Source: Deltaproteobacteria bacterium (GTDB lineage Bacteria; Desulfobacterota; Desulfobulbia; Desulfobulbales; SURF-16). Taken from it: DNA of 49,154 nt. The stretch is from NCBI GenBank assembly GCA_030667965.1, contig DAOUUW010000003.1, forward strand, positions 1-49,154. The letters are read 5' to 3'. This document shows, in pieces, positions 25,656-34,918 of the stretch. How positions within the stretch are numbered: the first letter of the stretch is position 1; every line of letters starts with the position of its first letter. The position numbers and the translations under genes are program-made. Under the pieces are notes generated by a model that did no database searches, had not been told where the DNA came from, and was given only the letters and a program-made list of their open reading frames with translations.

Positions 25656-27173
25656 TTATTGCCGACTTCTCTTTATCCATAGTAGCAGAAAAAAAGAATA
25701 AATGAGGCAAAGCACGGGGAAAAAATGGCCTTTTTGTGTAAAAAAAGATGTTGTGTCCAGCATTGAGACAGAGCCGTTAATAAAGCAATCGATAAAAAGA
25801 GGTGTCGGCCGGCTGATGCGACCTGCCGGATCAATAAAGCAGCTGATGCCGGTGTTGGCCGCCCGGGCCAGGCTGCGGCGGTTTTCCACGGCGCGCAGAA
25901 CGGCCATGGACATATGTTGGATTGAGGCAGGTGACCTGCCGAACCAGGCATCATTGGTGATATTGACTAGAATATTGGCCTTGTTTACCGTTTCTTTGCG
26001 CGCCAGTTCGGGAAAAATCGACTCAAAGCAGATGAGCACTCCCAGGCGGGCCGCACCATCTGTCAGGGGGAAAGCTTTTGTGCCGGTACTGAAATTGCCC
26101 ACCGATTCCACCAGCGGACCGGGCAGAGGAAGAATGTCGGCAAAAGGAATATATTCACCAAAGGGGACAAGGTGCTGTTTAAGATAACGAGATTCTCTGC
26201 CATCCCTTGTCACCAGAACGGCACTGTTATAGAGTTCCGGACCGTTCATTCCGGGTTCAAAATAGGGTGCCCCGGCAAGCAGGGAATAATTATGCTGAAA
26301 TACAGTCCTTGAGAGCAGTTCCGCAAAGAGAGGATGTGTCTGCGGGTTAAACGGCATGGCCGTTTCCGGCCAGATGACGATGTCCGGCTTGTCTTCTTTA
26401 AGCGAATCATTGCTTAAATTGATATGTTTGTAAATGGCCTCTCTCTTTTTCTCGGGATTCCATTTCTGGTTTTGGTCAATATTGCCCTGGATGATGGTGA
26501 TTTGATACTTGGGGGCAAGGGGCAGGGACTCCAGGATATTTTCATAACGATTCAGCGAATAAATCGAAGTTGCGGCAATGAGGATGAATCCTGTTACTAC
26601 AGGGAAAGTTATCTTTCTATAACCCCATGGCGCTTTCTTGTCTCCGGCTACAAGCACTGTGAAAAGAAGGCAGTTGGCAAGGATAATGAGAAAGGTGATG
26701 AAGTGATGACCGCCCAGATCGGCTGCCTGGATAACAAGAGGTGTCTTGAACTGGGAGTAGCCCAGATCCTGCCAGGGAAAGCCGCTGAACAACCGGCCCC
26801 GTATAAAGTCAAGCGCCACCCAGAGAAAGGGAAGGGTCCAGACGGGTGTCATCGTTTTCATTGTGCTTGCGGCAGCGCAGAACACAGCAGTGTACAGGGC
26901 CATATAGGCGCTGAGAAGCAGCAGGGCAATGCCGCAGAGCCACCAGGGCAGATGGCCGTAAGTGCCGAGTGAAATAACGACCCAGTAGATGAGATAGGTA
27001 TAATAGCACAGGCCGCAGACAAAACCGAGTAGAGCCGCCTTTTTTGCTTTTATCCTGGAACAGCCGAAAAGAAGCGGCACCAGACAAAACCAGGAACAGA
27101 ATGACAGACCCATTCCGGGAGAAGAAAGGCTCAGAAGCAGGGCGCTGGATAAAAACAACAAGAGGGTTTTCAT
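25656..27173 (-). CDS. lnt: Apolipoprotein N-acyltransferase
   Basis: Multi-TM N-terminus, GFPW..LGYSQ, QGNI.Q..KW, WPETA, K.HLVPFGEYIP, ICFES, TNDAWFG, RAVEN. Confidence 0.96.
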   Translation of the reverse strand: MKTLLLFLSSALLLSLSSPGMGLSFCSWFCLVPLLFGCSRIKAKKAALLGFVCGLCYYTYLIYWVVISLGTYGHLPWWLCGIALLLLSAYMALYTAVFCAAASTMKTMTPVWTLPFLWVALDFIRGRLFSGFPWQDLGYSQFKTPLVIQAADLGGHHFITFLIILANCLLFTVLVAGDKKAPWGYRKITFPVVTGFILIAATSIYSLNRYENILESLPLAPKYQITIIQGNIDQNQKWNPEKKREAIYKHINLSNDSLKEDKPDIVIWPETAMPFNPQTHPLFAELLSRTVFQHNYSLLAGAPYFEPGMNGPELYNSAVLVTRDGRESRYLKQHLVPFGEYIPFADILPLPGPLVESVGNFSTGTKAFPLTDGAARLGVLICFESIFPELARKETVNKANILVNITNDAWFGRSPASIQHMSMAVLRAVENRRSLARAANTGISCFIDPAGRISRPTPLFIDCFINGSVSMLDTTSFFTQKGHFFPVLCLIYSFFLLLWIKRSRQ

Positions 27174-27200
27174 ATCAGGAATCAGGAGTCACCACTCGGA

Positions 27201-28058
27201 TCACTCCTGAACATTTTCCTTTTTGATCTTCACGCTCTTGATGTGCCTCATACTTGCCGAAAGAACGGTAAAGGTAAGCGATTCAAACTCGACTTTTTCG
27301 CCCTTCTTTGGAATGCGGTCAAGCTGGTTGATGATAAACCCGCCAATGGACTCATAGGGGCCTTCCGGCAGCTCCATATTGAAAAAATCCTCTATCATTT
27401 CAATGTCCTCTTTGGCCGAGGTGATGACGGTATTATCATCGATAACCTGCCATTCTTCTATCTGCTTGTCGGTTTCATCGTCGATTTCGCCAACAATTTC
27501 CTCCAGGATGTCTTCCATAGTGATCAACCCCCTGATGCTGCCGAATTCGTCGTTGACAACGGCCATGTGAATTTTCTGGGTTTGAAAATCCCGCAGCAGG
27601 GAGACGATTTTGTCGTTTTCGCTGACAAAGAAGACGGGATTGACCAGTTCCTTCAGCGGCGGCAGGGGCGTATCCGCAGAACAGGTGAGCAGTTGTTTGG
27701 CATGCAGGGTGCCGATGATATTGTCAGAATTTTTGTCAAATATAGGAATACGGCTGAAGCCTTTTTCCTTAATGATGTTGATGATCTCGCAGTGGGTAGA
27801 GGACAGGGGCGCACTGACGATTTCGGCGGTGGGAGTCATGATTTCCCGGACAACAGTGTCGCGGAACTCGAAAATGCTGCTGATCATCTGCACTTCCTGG
27901 CTTGTGATCAGCCCCTGTTCCTCGCCTTCATCAATAAGATCCTGGATTTCCTGCTCCAGGATTTCCGTAGTGTCCGGTTGGGGTGAGAGTTTTAAAAACT
28001 GCAGTAATCGTCGAATAGACGACTGGTTCGTTTCCGGGGGAGGTTGATTATTTTCCAT
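27201..28058 (-). CDS. corC: CorC/HlyC-family CBS-domain protein (YbeX-like)
   Basis: VREIMTP, GFSRIPIF, HMAVVNDEFG, TMEDILEEIVGEI.DE; C-terminal CorC_HlyC domain; upstream of lnt. Confidence 0.9.
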   Translation of the reverse strand: MENNQPPPETNQSSIRRLLQFLKLSPQPDTTEILEQEIQDLIDEGEEQGLITSQEVQMISSIFEFRDTVVREIMTPTAEIVSAPLSSTHCEIINIIKEKGFSRIPIFDKNSDNIIGTLHAKQLLTCSADTPLPPLKELVNPVFFVSENDKIVSLLRDFQTQKIHMAVVNDEFGSIRGLITMEDILEEIVGEIDDETDKQIEEWQVIDDNTVITSAKEDIEMIEDFFNMELPEGPYESIGGFIINQLDRIPKKGEKVEFESLTFTVLSASMRHIKSVKIKKENVQE

Positions 28059-28131
28059 TCGTGTATTTTAATGTTTTTTCATAAAACTATCAAAGAGCTG
28101 AATCTTAAAAACGAAAGGTTTTTCTGGTCAT

Positions 28132-28197
28132 TTGCTACGGTTAATAACTCGTTATGTCAAGAAATAAATTGACGCGACAGGGTGAAATCGTTATAAG
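28132..28197. promoter_or_regulatory. Back-to-back candidate sigma-70 promoters for corC-lnt (-) and the acc operon (+)
   Basis: Minus: TTGACA-17-TAGCAA; plus: TTGACG(28169)-17-TATAAG(28192). Both -10 boxes are imperfect. Confidence 0.4.
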
Positions 28198-28313
28198 CAG
28201 CTTGCTTAAAATAGGGATTAGCGATACAAAATATTCATGTTGTCTCGTTTATTTCGAAATTGACTGTTGTAAATATCAATGCATACTGCCGGCTATCCGG
28301 ATCAGGGTATAGT

Positions 28314-29720
28314 TTGAAAGAAAAAGTTTTAATAGCCAACAGAGGTGAAATTGCCATACGAATTGCCAGGTCCTGTCAGGAACTGGATCTGGATTTTGTC
28401 GTCATTTATACGGATGCAGACAAAGATTCTGAGCATGTGTTTCCTTATCTTGCGGAAAACGGCTCCGAAAAAAGGGCCTGGAGGGTGGCAAGTTACACCG
28501 ATCCCAACGACATTCTTTCCGTTGCAGACTATACGCAGTGCACGGCCATTCATCCGGGTTATGGCTTTTTCTCCGAAGATTTCCGCTTTGCCAGAAGGGT
28601 AACGATCCGTGAACGACCGTTGACCTTTATCGGCCCTAAATGGGAAGTTATACGTGATTTAGGCGACAAAATAAATACAAAGCACGTTGCCAATAAACTT
28701 GGCATTCCGACTATTCCGGGGACCGACGGACCCATTTATAATGAAATGGAGGCCGAGGCCATTGCCGAACAGCTTCTCGATGACCAGCGGGAGCAGGAGA
28801 TCAAGGATCCCTCCATCCTGGTCAAAGCGGCGGCAGGCGGCGGCGGAATGGGTATCGAGGAGGTGCATCGTATCGATGAGTTCCGCAGGATCTACCGTCA
28901 GGTGCAGAATTATGCCAAGCGGCAGTTTGGCGATGGCGGGGTTCTTATTGAACAGTGTTTGCGGGATTATAACCATCTTGAGGTGCAGCTTGTCTGTAGC
29001 CGTCATGGTGAAAGAGTGCATTTCGGTACTAGAAACTGCACTATTCAGAGCACCGGCCGGCAGAAACGGCTTGAAGCCGCGCCCGGCTTTGATGACGGCT
29101 GTTTTGCCTATGATTTTCATGCCGGGGATGTGCTTGACAAGGTTGTCAAATATTCTTTAAAACTGGCGGCCCATGTCCGTTATGATAATGTCGGCACCTG
29201 GGAATGGATTGTCAGCCGTTCGGGAATGCCTTATTTGCTTGAGGTCAATACTCGTATTCAGGTGGAGAATGATGTTTCGGCGCGGATTAGTTATGTAAAC
29301 GGCAAGCAGCCTAATTTGATTAAAGAACAAATTCGACTGGCCCTGGGGGAAAGGATCGGCTACAATCAGAAAAAAATAGATTTCAAGGGAGCCAGTATAG
29401 AATTCAGGATTGTGGCGGAAGATCCCCGCCGCGGTTTTGCTCCCTGGGTCGGTACAATTTCCACATTTGATTTCCCGCAGAAAGATTGGGCAGCCGTTTA
29501 TACCCATGTTCCCTTTGACCGTCCCTATGTAATACCCAGTGATTATGATCCGAATCTGGCTCTGGCCATTGTCTGGGGAGACAGCATAGAAGAGGTGAAA
29601 GAGCGTGGCCTGCAGTTTTTAAATGGGGTCACCATTGAAGGCACAAACGGCGCGGGGGATCCTATTTTAACGAATCTCACATACCTGAAGAATAACATCG
29701 ACAGATTGTTGACATTTTAA
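28314..29720 (+). CDS. accC: Biotin carboxylase subunit of acetyl-CoA carboxylase
   Basis: KVLIANRGEIA.RI, IHPGYGF.SE, VKAAAGGGG.G, LEVNTRIQVE; TTG 28314 chosen because it precedes the conserved N-terminus. Confidence 0.92.
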   Translation: MKEKVLIANRGEIAIRIARSCQELDLDFVVIYTDADKDSEHVFPYLAENGSEKRAWRVASYTDPNDILSVADYTQCTAIHPGYGFFSEDFRFARRVTIRERPLTFIGPKWEVIRDLGDKINTKHVANKLGIPTIPGTDGPIYNEMEAEAIAEQLLDDQREQEIKDPSILVKAAAGGGGMGIEEVHRIDEFRRIYRQVQNYAKRQFGDGGVLIEQCLRDYNHLEVQLVCSRHGERVHFGTRNCTIQSTGRQKRLEAAPGFDDGCFAYDFHAGDVLDKVVKYSLKLAAHVRYDNVGTWEWIVSRSGMPYLLEVNTRIQVENDVSARISYVNGKQPNLIKEQIRLALGERIGYNQKKIDFKGASIEFRIVAEDPRRGFAPWVGTISTFDFPQKDWAAVYTHVPFDRPYVIPSDYDPNLALAIVWGDSIEEVKERGLQFLNGVTIEGTNGAGDPILTNLTYLKNNIDRLLTF

Positions 29721-29777
29721 TAGCACGCGGCTTTTAGCAGCATAATTTTTGCCTTAAGCTGCCTGCTTTATATATTT

Positions 29778-32030
29778 ATGGACGATATAAGAAAACGGCT
29801 TTTAAAGAGTGCGGAGCGGATCTCCTATTTGAGTCAGCTCAAGGAGGGGATGGACTGGGGAAACCTTGCCGGACTGCAGGAGCGGCTGGAAACGATTAGG
29901 GAAGCGTTTTACGATTTTTCTCTGGAGGATCTGCATAAAGAAACCGCAGCCCTGGAGGAAAGTCTTTTTTTTCTGGAACAGCGCTGTGAAGAAAATCTGA
30001 CCCCCATGGAAAGAGTACGCATTGTGCGTATTCCATTGCGTTTTTCCATGCAGGATATCCTGGAAAACGTCTATGAGGATTACACCGAATTAGGCGGGGA
30101 AGACGAAGCCAGCATTGATCCATCAATGGTTGCCGCCAAGGCGACTATTGTCCGCCAGGTAAAAAATAAAAGTTTTACCCAGCAGGTGATGGTCATTGGT
30201 CATGAAAAGGGCCATGGTGAGGAATATCGCAATGGCGGCTGCAGCATGCCCTGGGGCAATGAAAAAGCATTGCGTTTCATGCAGGTTGCCCAGACCGAGG
30301 GCATACCCATCCACTCCTATATCTTTACCCCGGGCTCTTTCCCTGTGGAAGAGTACCCTGGTGCTGCCCAGCAGATTGCCAGAAATCTTTATGCAATGAC
30401 CAAGTTACGGGTTCCCATGATTTCGGTCATTTCCGAAGGTGGGTCCGGCGGCGCCGAAGCCATCGGCCTGTCCGATTACCGCATGATGTTTTCCCATGGT
30501 TATTATTCGGTTATCTCCCCTGAGGGGGCTGCTGCCATTGAGGGAAAAATCCGGGAAGGCGAGAAGCTTCCCAAGGAACTTGTGGAGCGCTGCGCCGAGA
30601 GTTTGAAGATAACGGCTACCGATAATCTGGAATTGGGCACCATCGACCGGATTATTGATGAACCTTTACTTGGTGCCAAACGTGATGATTTTGCCTTTTT
30701 CAAAAGGTTGAAATTTGAAATGATCCGCGCAACGGACGAGGTTGTTCTCAAGACAAAAAGTTTTCGTGCCTTCAGGGCCTATGAACTCAAATTGAAGAAG
30801 AAAAATGAGGACATCAACACGGAGGATCACCTTATTCAAATTTCCTGGGATCTCAGTAAGGATGAGGTAACACGTCTTCTTCGCCTTCGTTCAAAAAAAT
30901 ACAGGGAAATGGCCACCGAGGCTTTTGTCGGCAAGATTTCGCCATTCACAGCTTTCTGTGAGAAGATGAAACTTGCCTCCAGTAAGGTCTATTACACCTT
31001 TCGTTATGATATTCTGCGCAACCAGCAAAAGCAGGTCAGGCAGGTTATCCAGGATATGTCAAGTGAGGGTTCGGTCTTTCTGAAACAGGTTCGCGAACCC
31101 ATTGCGGCAGCCTACGATTTTGTCTCTCTGAAGCAGGCCGGGAAACAGACCCGTACTTCGGTAAACAGTCAGCAGAGTGTTGAAGCCGAGTTTGGTGACA
31201 CCTATACCAGTCCCCTGGCCAACGAGGATCGTACTGTAAGTTGTCCCAATGCGGGAAAATATGGTTGCAAGGATCTCTGGGTGCCTGATCTGTACGGTGA
31301 ATTCTGCGGTGTCTGTGAAAACTGCGGCCATCATTTTCCGCTCGAATATCATTGGTACCTGCGCCATATCATAGACAAGGACTCCTTTAAGGAGTTTAAC
31401 AGGGATATTACAGCCGGCAATCCACTGGGTGCCCCGGGTTTTGATACAAGGCTGATGGACGCCAAATCAAAAACCAACCGTAAGAGCGCCATTATCACTT
31501 TTGAGGCCAGCGTCATGGGTATTGAGCTGGTGGTGGCCATGCTCTACAGTAATTTCAGGAATGGTACCGTAGGTTCGGCGGAAGGCGAGAAATTTGTAAG
31601 GGCCTGCGAGCTGGCCAAATTGAAGCGGCGACCCCTGTTGGCCTATATCCATACCACCGGCGGCATCAGGATTCAGGAAGGAACCCATGGCGTAGTGCAG
31701 ATGCCCAAGTGCACCATGACTGTGCGTGAATATGTGGACTCCGGCGGTTTATATATCGTTGTCTATGACAATAATTCCTATGCCGGTCCTGTGGCCAGTT
31801 TTCTTGGATGTTCTTTTTATCAGTTTGCCATACGCTCCAGTCGGATCGGTTTTGCCGGACCCAGGGTTATCCGTGACACTACGGGTGAGGATATTCCGCC
31901 TGGTTATCATAGTGCTAAAAACGCACTGAAACGCGGCCATGTACACGGTCTGTGGGACAGGCGCGAATTCCGCCGCAACCTGCATAAGGCGTTGATGACC
32001 ATGGGTGGCGGTAATGTGTATTATCGCTAA
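29778..32030 (+). CDS. Fused acetyl-CoA carboxylase carboxyltransferase, alpha (AccA-like) then beta (AccD-like)
   Basis: N half: IARNL, EGGSGGA, YSVISPEGAAAI, IDRIIDEP; C half: Cys cluster, GTVGSAEGEK, GGIRIQEG...VQM.K, IGFAGPRVI. Confidence 0.9.
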   Translation: MDDIRKRLLKSAERISYLSQLKEGMDWGNLAGLQERLETIREAFYDFSLEDLHKETAALEESLFFLEQRCEENLTPMERVRIVRIPLRFSMQDILENVYEDYTELGGEDEASIDPSMVAAKATIVRQVKNKSFTQQVMVIGHEKGHGEEYRNGGCSMPWGNEKALRFMQVAQTEGIPIHSYIFTPGSFPVEEYPGAAQQIARNLYAMTKLRVPMISVISEGGSGGAEAIGLSDYRMMFSHGYYSVISPEGAAAIEGKIREGEKLPKELVERCAESLKITATDNLELGTIDRIIDEPLLGAKRDDFAFFKRLKFEMIRATDEVVLKTKSFRAFRAYELKLKKKNEDINTEDHLIQISWDLSKDEVTRLLRLRSKKYREMATEAFVGKISPFTAFCEKMKLASSKVYYTFRYDILRNQQKQVRQVIQDMSSEGSVFLKQVREPIAAAYDFVSLKQAGKQTRTSVNSQQSVEAEFGDTYTSPLANEDRTVSCPNAGKYGCKDLWVPDLYGEFCGVCENCGHHFPLEYHWYLRHIIDKDSFKEFNRDITAGNPLGAPGFDTRLMDAKSKTNRKSAIITFEASVMGIELVVAMLYSNFRNGTVGSAEGEKFVRACELAKLKRRPLLAYIHTTGGIRIQEGTHGVVQMPKCTMTVREYVDSGGLYIVVYDNNSYAGPVASFLGCSFYQFAIRSSRIGFAGPRVIRDTTGEDIPPGYHSAKNALKRGHVHGLWDRREFRRNLHKALMTMGGGNVYYR

Positions 32031-32111
32031 GGTGATGAAGCTATAAAATGGTTCAGGTTGAAGGTCGAAGACTGAAGGCTGAGCCCAATTATAAAAAATA
32101 CTGATTGAATC

Positions 32112-32249
32112 ATGATGATCCCGTAAAAAGTCAAAATTTGCTAATTATTGTCATTCCCGCGCAGGCGGGAATCCAGTAATTTTGACACGTTATAGATTTC
32201 CGCCTACGCGGGAATGACGAAATGATGTATTTTTTTACGAGACTATTAT
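32112..32249. repeat. Composite REP/MITE-like palindromic element
   Basis: Outer IR atgatgatcccgtaaaaag / ttttttacgagactattat; inner pair gtcattcccgcgcaggcgggaatccag (32150) and tagatttccgcctacgcgggaatgac (ends 32218). Confidence 0.85.
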
Positions 32250-32280
32250 TATTGAACGAGCAAGACCAGTCATTTAAACC

Positions 32281-32934
32281 ATGCAAACAGACGAAGTAGT
32301 AGATTACGATCAGATTCTTGGTGCATACCGTAAAGATCCTTACGGTTATGTTGATATGTGCACCAAACATACCGGGCAGGTTCGTTTTCATGTCCGTCTG
32401 GACGATAAGGTTGAAGGAACATCGGGGAAATGGCATCATATTCCGGGAACCAAGCTCTTTACTCTCACCAGGGAAAGAAACAATAAGTCGCTTCACTCCA
32501 CCTCCAATGGTGTCATTTCCTTTATTCGTGATGATTTTGAAGGGAGGTTTGTCGAGGCTGGTGAGAAGATTATCACCATCAAGCATCCTTTGAAAAAGCG
32601 GGAAATTATCGAGCAGATTCTGCGCAATGTTCTTCTGCCTTTTCCGTCACCGGAGCGGGCAAAATACTTTTTTTCCATGGATATCCAGGCCAGGATAGAG
32701 AAATTCGGCCAACGCTCCATATCCATCAAACCCGGAGACGAGCTTTTTACCATGTCGCTTATGAAGCGTGACACCCCGGTATATTACCAGGGTGACCCGG
32801 GTATCATTCATTCCGTTTATTTTCAGCCGGGTGTTTCCGTTGATCAGGGTGAGCCGTTAATTGGTATCTGTCCGCCGGAAAAACTTCCCTTGATTGAAAA
32901 AATCATTACCCGGGTCAAGGCGGAATGGGAATAA
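32281..32934 (+). CDS. Biotin carboxyl carrier protein with two biotinyl/lipoyl-like domains
   Basis: IKPGDELFTMSLMKRDTPV...GIIHSVYFQPG.SVDQGEPL (MK lysine); N-terminal repeat ends FVEAGEKI; lies between carboxyltransferase and biotin ligase. Confidence 0.8.
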   Translation: MQTDEVVDYDQILGAYRKDPYGYVDMCTKHTGQVRFHVRLDDKVEGTSGKWHHIPGTKLFTLTRERNNKSLHSTSNGVISFIRDDFEGRFVEAGEKIITIKHPLKKREIIEQILRNVLLPFPSPERAKYFFSMDIQARIEKFGQRSISIKPGDELFTMSLMKRDTPVYYQGDPGIIHSVYFQPGVSVDQGEPLIGICPPEKLPLIEKIITRVKAEWE

Positions 32935-32966
32935 TTTTAATTGATAATTTGTGGTAGAATTTTATT

Positions 32967-33896
32967 TTGTTATTTCCGAACCACCCTACTCCTGCCGATA
33001 TCCAGCATTACATTTCCAGCCATGAAGTAGTGCGTCGAAGCCGCCTGCTGCCTTTAGACAAGGTGCAGGCGGTTTTTCGTTATGGGGCCATTGTAGGCTC
33101 GGTCATTCATTCATATGAAAATCTGGGTCGCGGCATGGATCAGGCTAGGTTGATGATTGATGAGCATGAACGGCAAGGCCGTTCCTTTGCCAGCGGCACG
33201 GTAATTCTGGCTTCAAGTCTCTCCGGCGGCAAAGGCCGTTTCCAGCGCTATTGGCATGCTCCATCAGGCGGCATCTGGATGACTTTGGTTCTGGTGAACA
33301 CCCTGCTTCCTGAAAAAAGCCGGCTGCTGCCGCTGCTGGCGGGCATGGCCTGCTGCGAAACCGTGAACCATTTCGGCGTGCCGGGAAGGATAAAATGGGT
33401 CAATGATGTGCATGTTCAGGGGAAAAAGGTGGCCGGTATTTTAACGGAAACCGTGTTTGGCCGTAAAACGGGTGAGGAGTATGTGCTGATTGGTGTGGGA
33501 GTGAACGTGAATAACTGTGAATTTCCGGAGGAACTGCAGGGTTTGGCAACCTCCATGCGTTTGACTGCTGATCGCGATTTTGATCTGGGGCAGGTGGCAA
33601 CTTCTTTGTTAGCTAATTTTTCCTGGTATGTGGGGCTGCTTCATTATCTGGAGGACTTGGAGCTGTCGGAAGATAGCGGCGCAAAGGATGAGTTTGAACA
33701 GTTTTTTCTCCGGCGCTGGCAGGAGATGAGTGATTCTATGGGTCGCAAAGTCCTCTTTGGCTACGATGTGCAGAAAAATCCCCAGTACGAAGCAGTTCTC
33801 CTTGGACTCGAGAGTGACGGTGGCTTACGCCTGAAAAATATGGAAGACCATGTTGAACTGACCGAATATGGTGGAGAAATTGTCTATAATGACTGA
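32967..33896 (+). CDS. birA: Biotin--[acetyl-CoA carboxylase] ligase without an obvious N-terminal HTH
   Basis: GKGRFQRYWHAP.GGIWMT, IKWVNDV...GKKVAGILTE, GVGVNVNN; start uncertain. Confidence 0.9.
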   Translation: MLFPNHPTPADIQHYISSHEVVRRSRLLPLDKVQAVFRYGAIVGSVIHSYENLGRGMDQARLMIDEHERQGRSFASGTVILASSLSGGKGRFQRYWHAPSGGIWMTLVLVNTLLPEKSRLLPLLAGMACCETVNHFGVPGRIKWVNDVHVQGKKVAGILTETVFGRKTGEEYVLIGVGVNVNNCEFPEELQGLATSMRLTADRDFDLGQVATSLLANFSWYVGLLHYLEDLELSEDSGAKDEFEQFFLRRWQEMSDSMGRKVLFGYDVQKNPQYEAVLLGLESDGGLRLKNMEDHVELTEYGGEIVYND

Positions 33897-33988
33897 CAGT
33901 CAGCCGCAAAAAAGGCCCCGTTTGGGAATTTCAAAATGGTAATCATTATTACGTGTTCTGCGATGTTGCGGTAAATGGAATAAAGAAA

Positions 33989-34846
33989 ATGTCAAAACGT
34001 GATCTCCGAATTTCTGTAATTATTCCGACATATAACAGGCTGTCGTTTCTTGATAAGGCAATTGCTTCTGTATTTTGTCAACGCAGGGATGGTTTTGAAC
34101 TGATTATCGTTGATGACGGATCAACAGATAACACTGCGGAATTTATATCTGCTTATCAGAAGGATATTAAATATATTTATCAGGCCAATCAGGGCCCTGC
34201 TGCGGCAAGAAACACCGGTATACGGGTAGCCGGCGGCGAACTCATTGCTTTTCTTGATTCAGATGACTGGTTTGCCCCGCAAAAATTACAGGTGCAGGCT
34301 GCTGCAATGGAGGCGGAGCCCCAGTATCTCATTTCCCATACGGACGAGATCTGGTACAGGCGGGGAAAACTGCTGAACCAGAAAAAAAAGCATTTTAAAC
34401 CGGGAGGCTTGATTTTTGAGAAATGTCTCAGGATGTGTGTTGTCGGTATGTCAACAGTTATGGTGCGCCGGGCACTCTTTGACCAGATAGGTCTCTTTGA
34501 TGAGCGTTTGCCGTGCTGCGAGGATTATGACTTCTGGTTGCGCGCAAGTCTGGTCTCATCATTTTTGAAAATTGATCAACCGCTCACTTTTAAAGAAGGG
34601 GGACGGTCTGATGAGGTCAGCATGCAGTTTCGTACCGGCATGGACAAATTTCGCATCCGTGCCCTTGTCGGACTTCTTGAAAAGAATACATTGACCGATG
34701 ACCAGAGGCAACTGGCAAGTGGTGAATTGTCCAGGAAATGCAGGATTTACGGTAATGGTTGCATCAGGCACGGCAGGCCCGAAGAGGGGGAGGAGTATTT
34801 GGCTCTGGGTGAAAGATATTTCGGAAAGAGAAAAAGAAGTATGTGA
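33989..34846 (+). CDS. Glycosyltransferase family 2
   Basis: ISVIIPTYNR, VDDGSTD, NQGPAAARN.G, FLDSDD, EDYDFWLR. Confidence 0.93.
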   Translation: MSKRDLRISVIIPTYNRLSFLDKAIASVFCQRRDGFELIIVDDGSTDNTAEFISAYQKDIKYIYQANQGPAAARNTGIRVAGGELIAFLDSDDWFAPQKLQVQAAAMEAEPQYLISHTDEIWYRRGKLLNQKKKHFKPGGLIFEKCLRMCVVGMSTVMVRRALFDQIGLFDERLPCCEDYDFWLRASLVSSFLKIDQPLTFKEGGRSDEVSMQFRTGMDKFRIRALVGLLEKNTLTDDQRQLASGELSRKCRIYGNGCIRHGRPEEGEEYLALGERYFGKRKRSM

Positions 34847-34918
34847 TAAGATAACAAGATAAGAACATCACGTTACATCCTATTGTCAGGAGTGAAAGAT
34901 TATTGGTTTTACCCTCAT

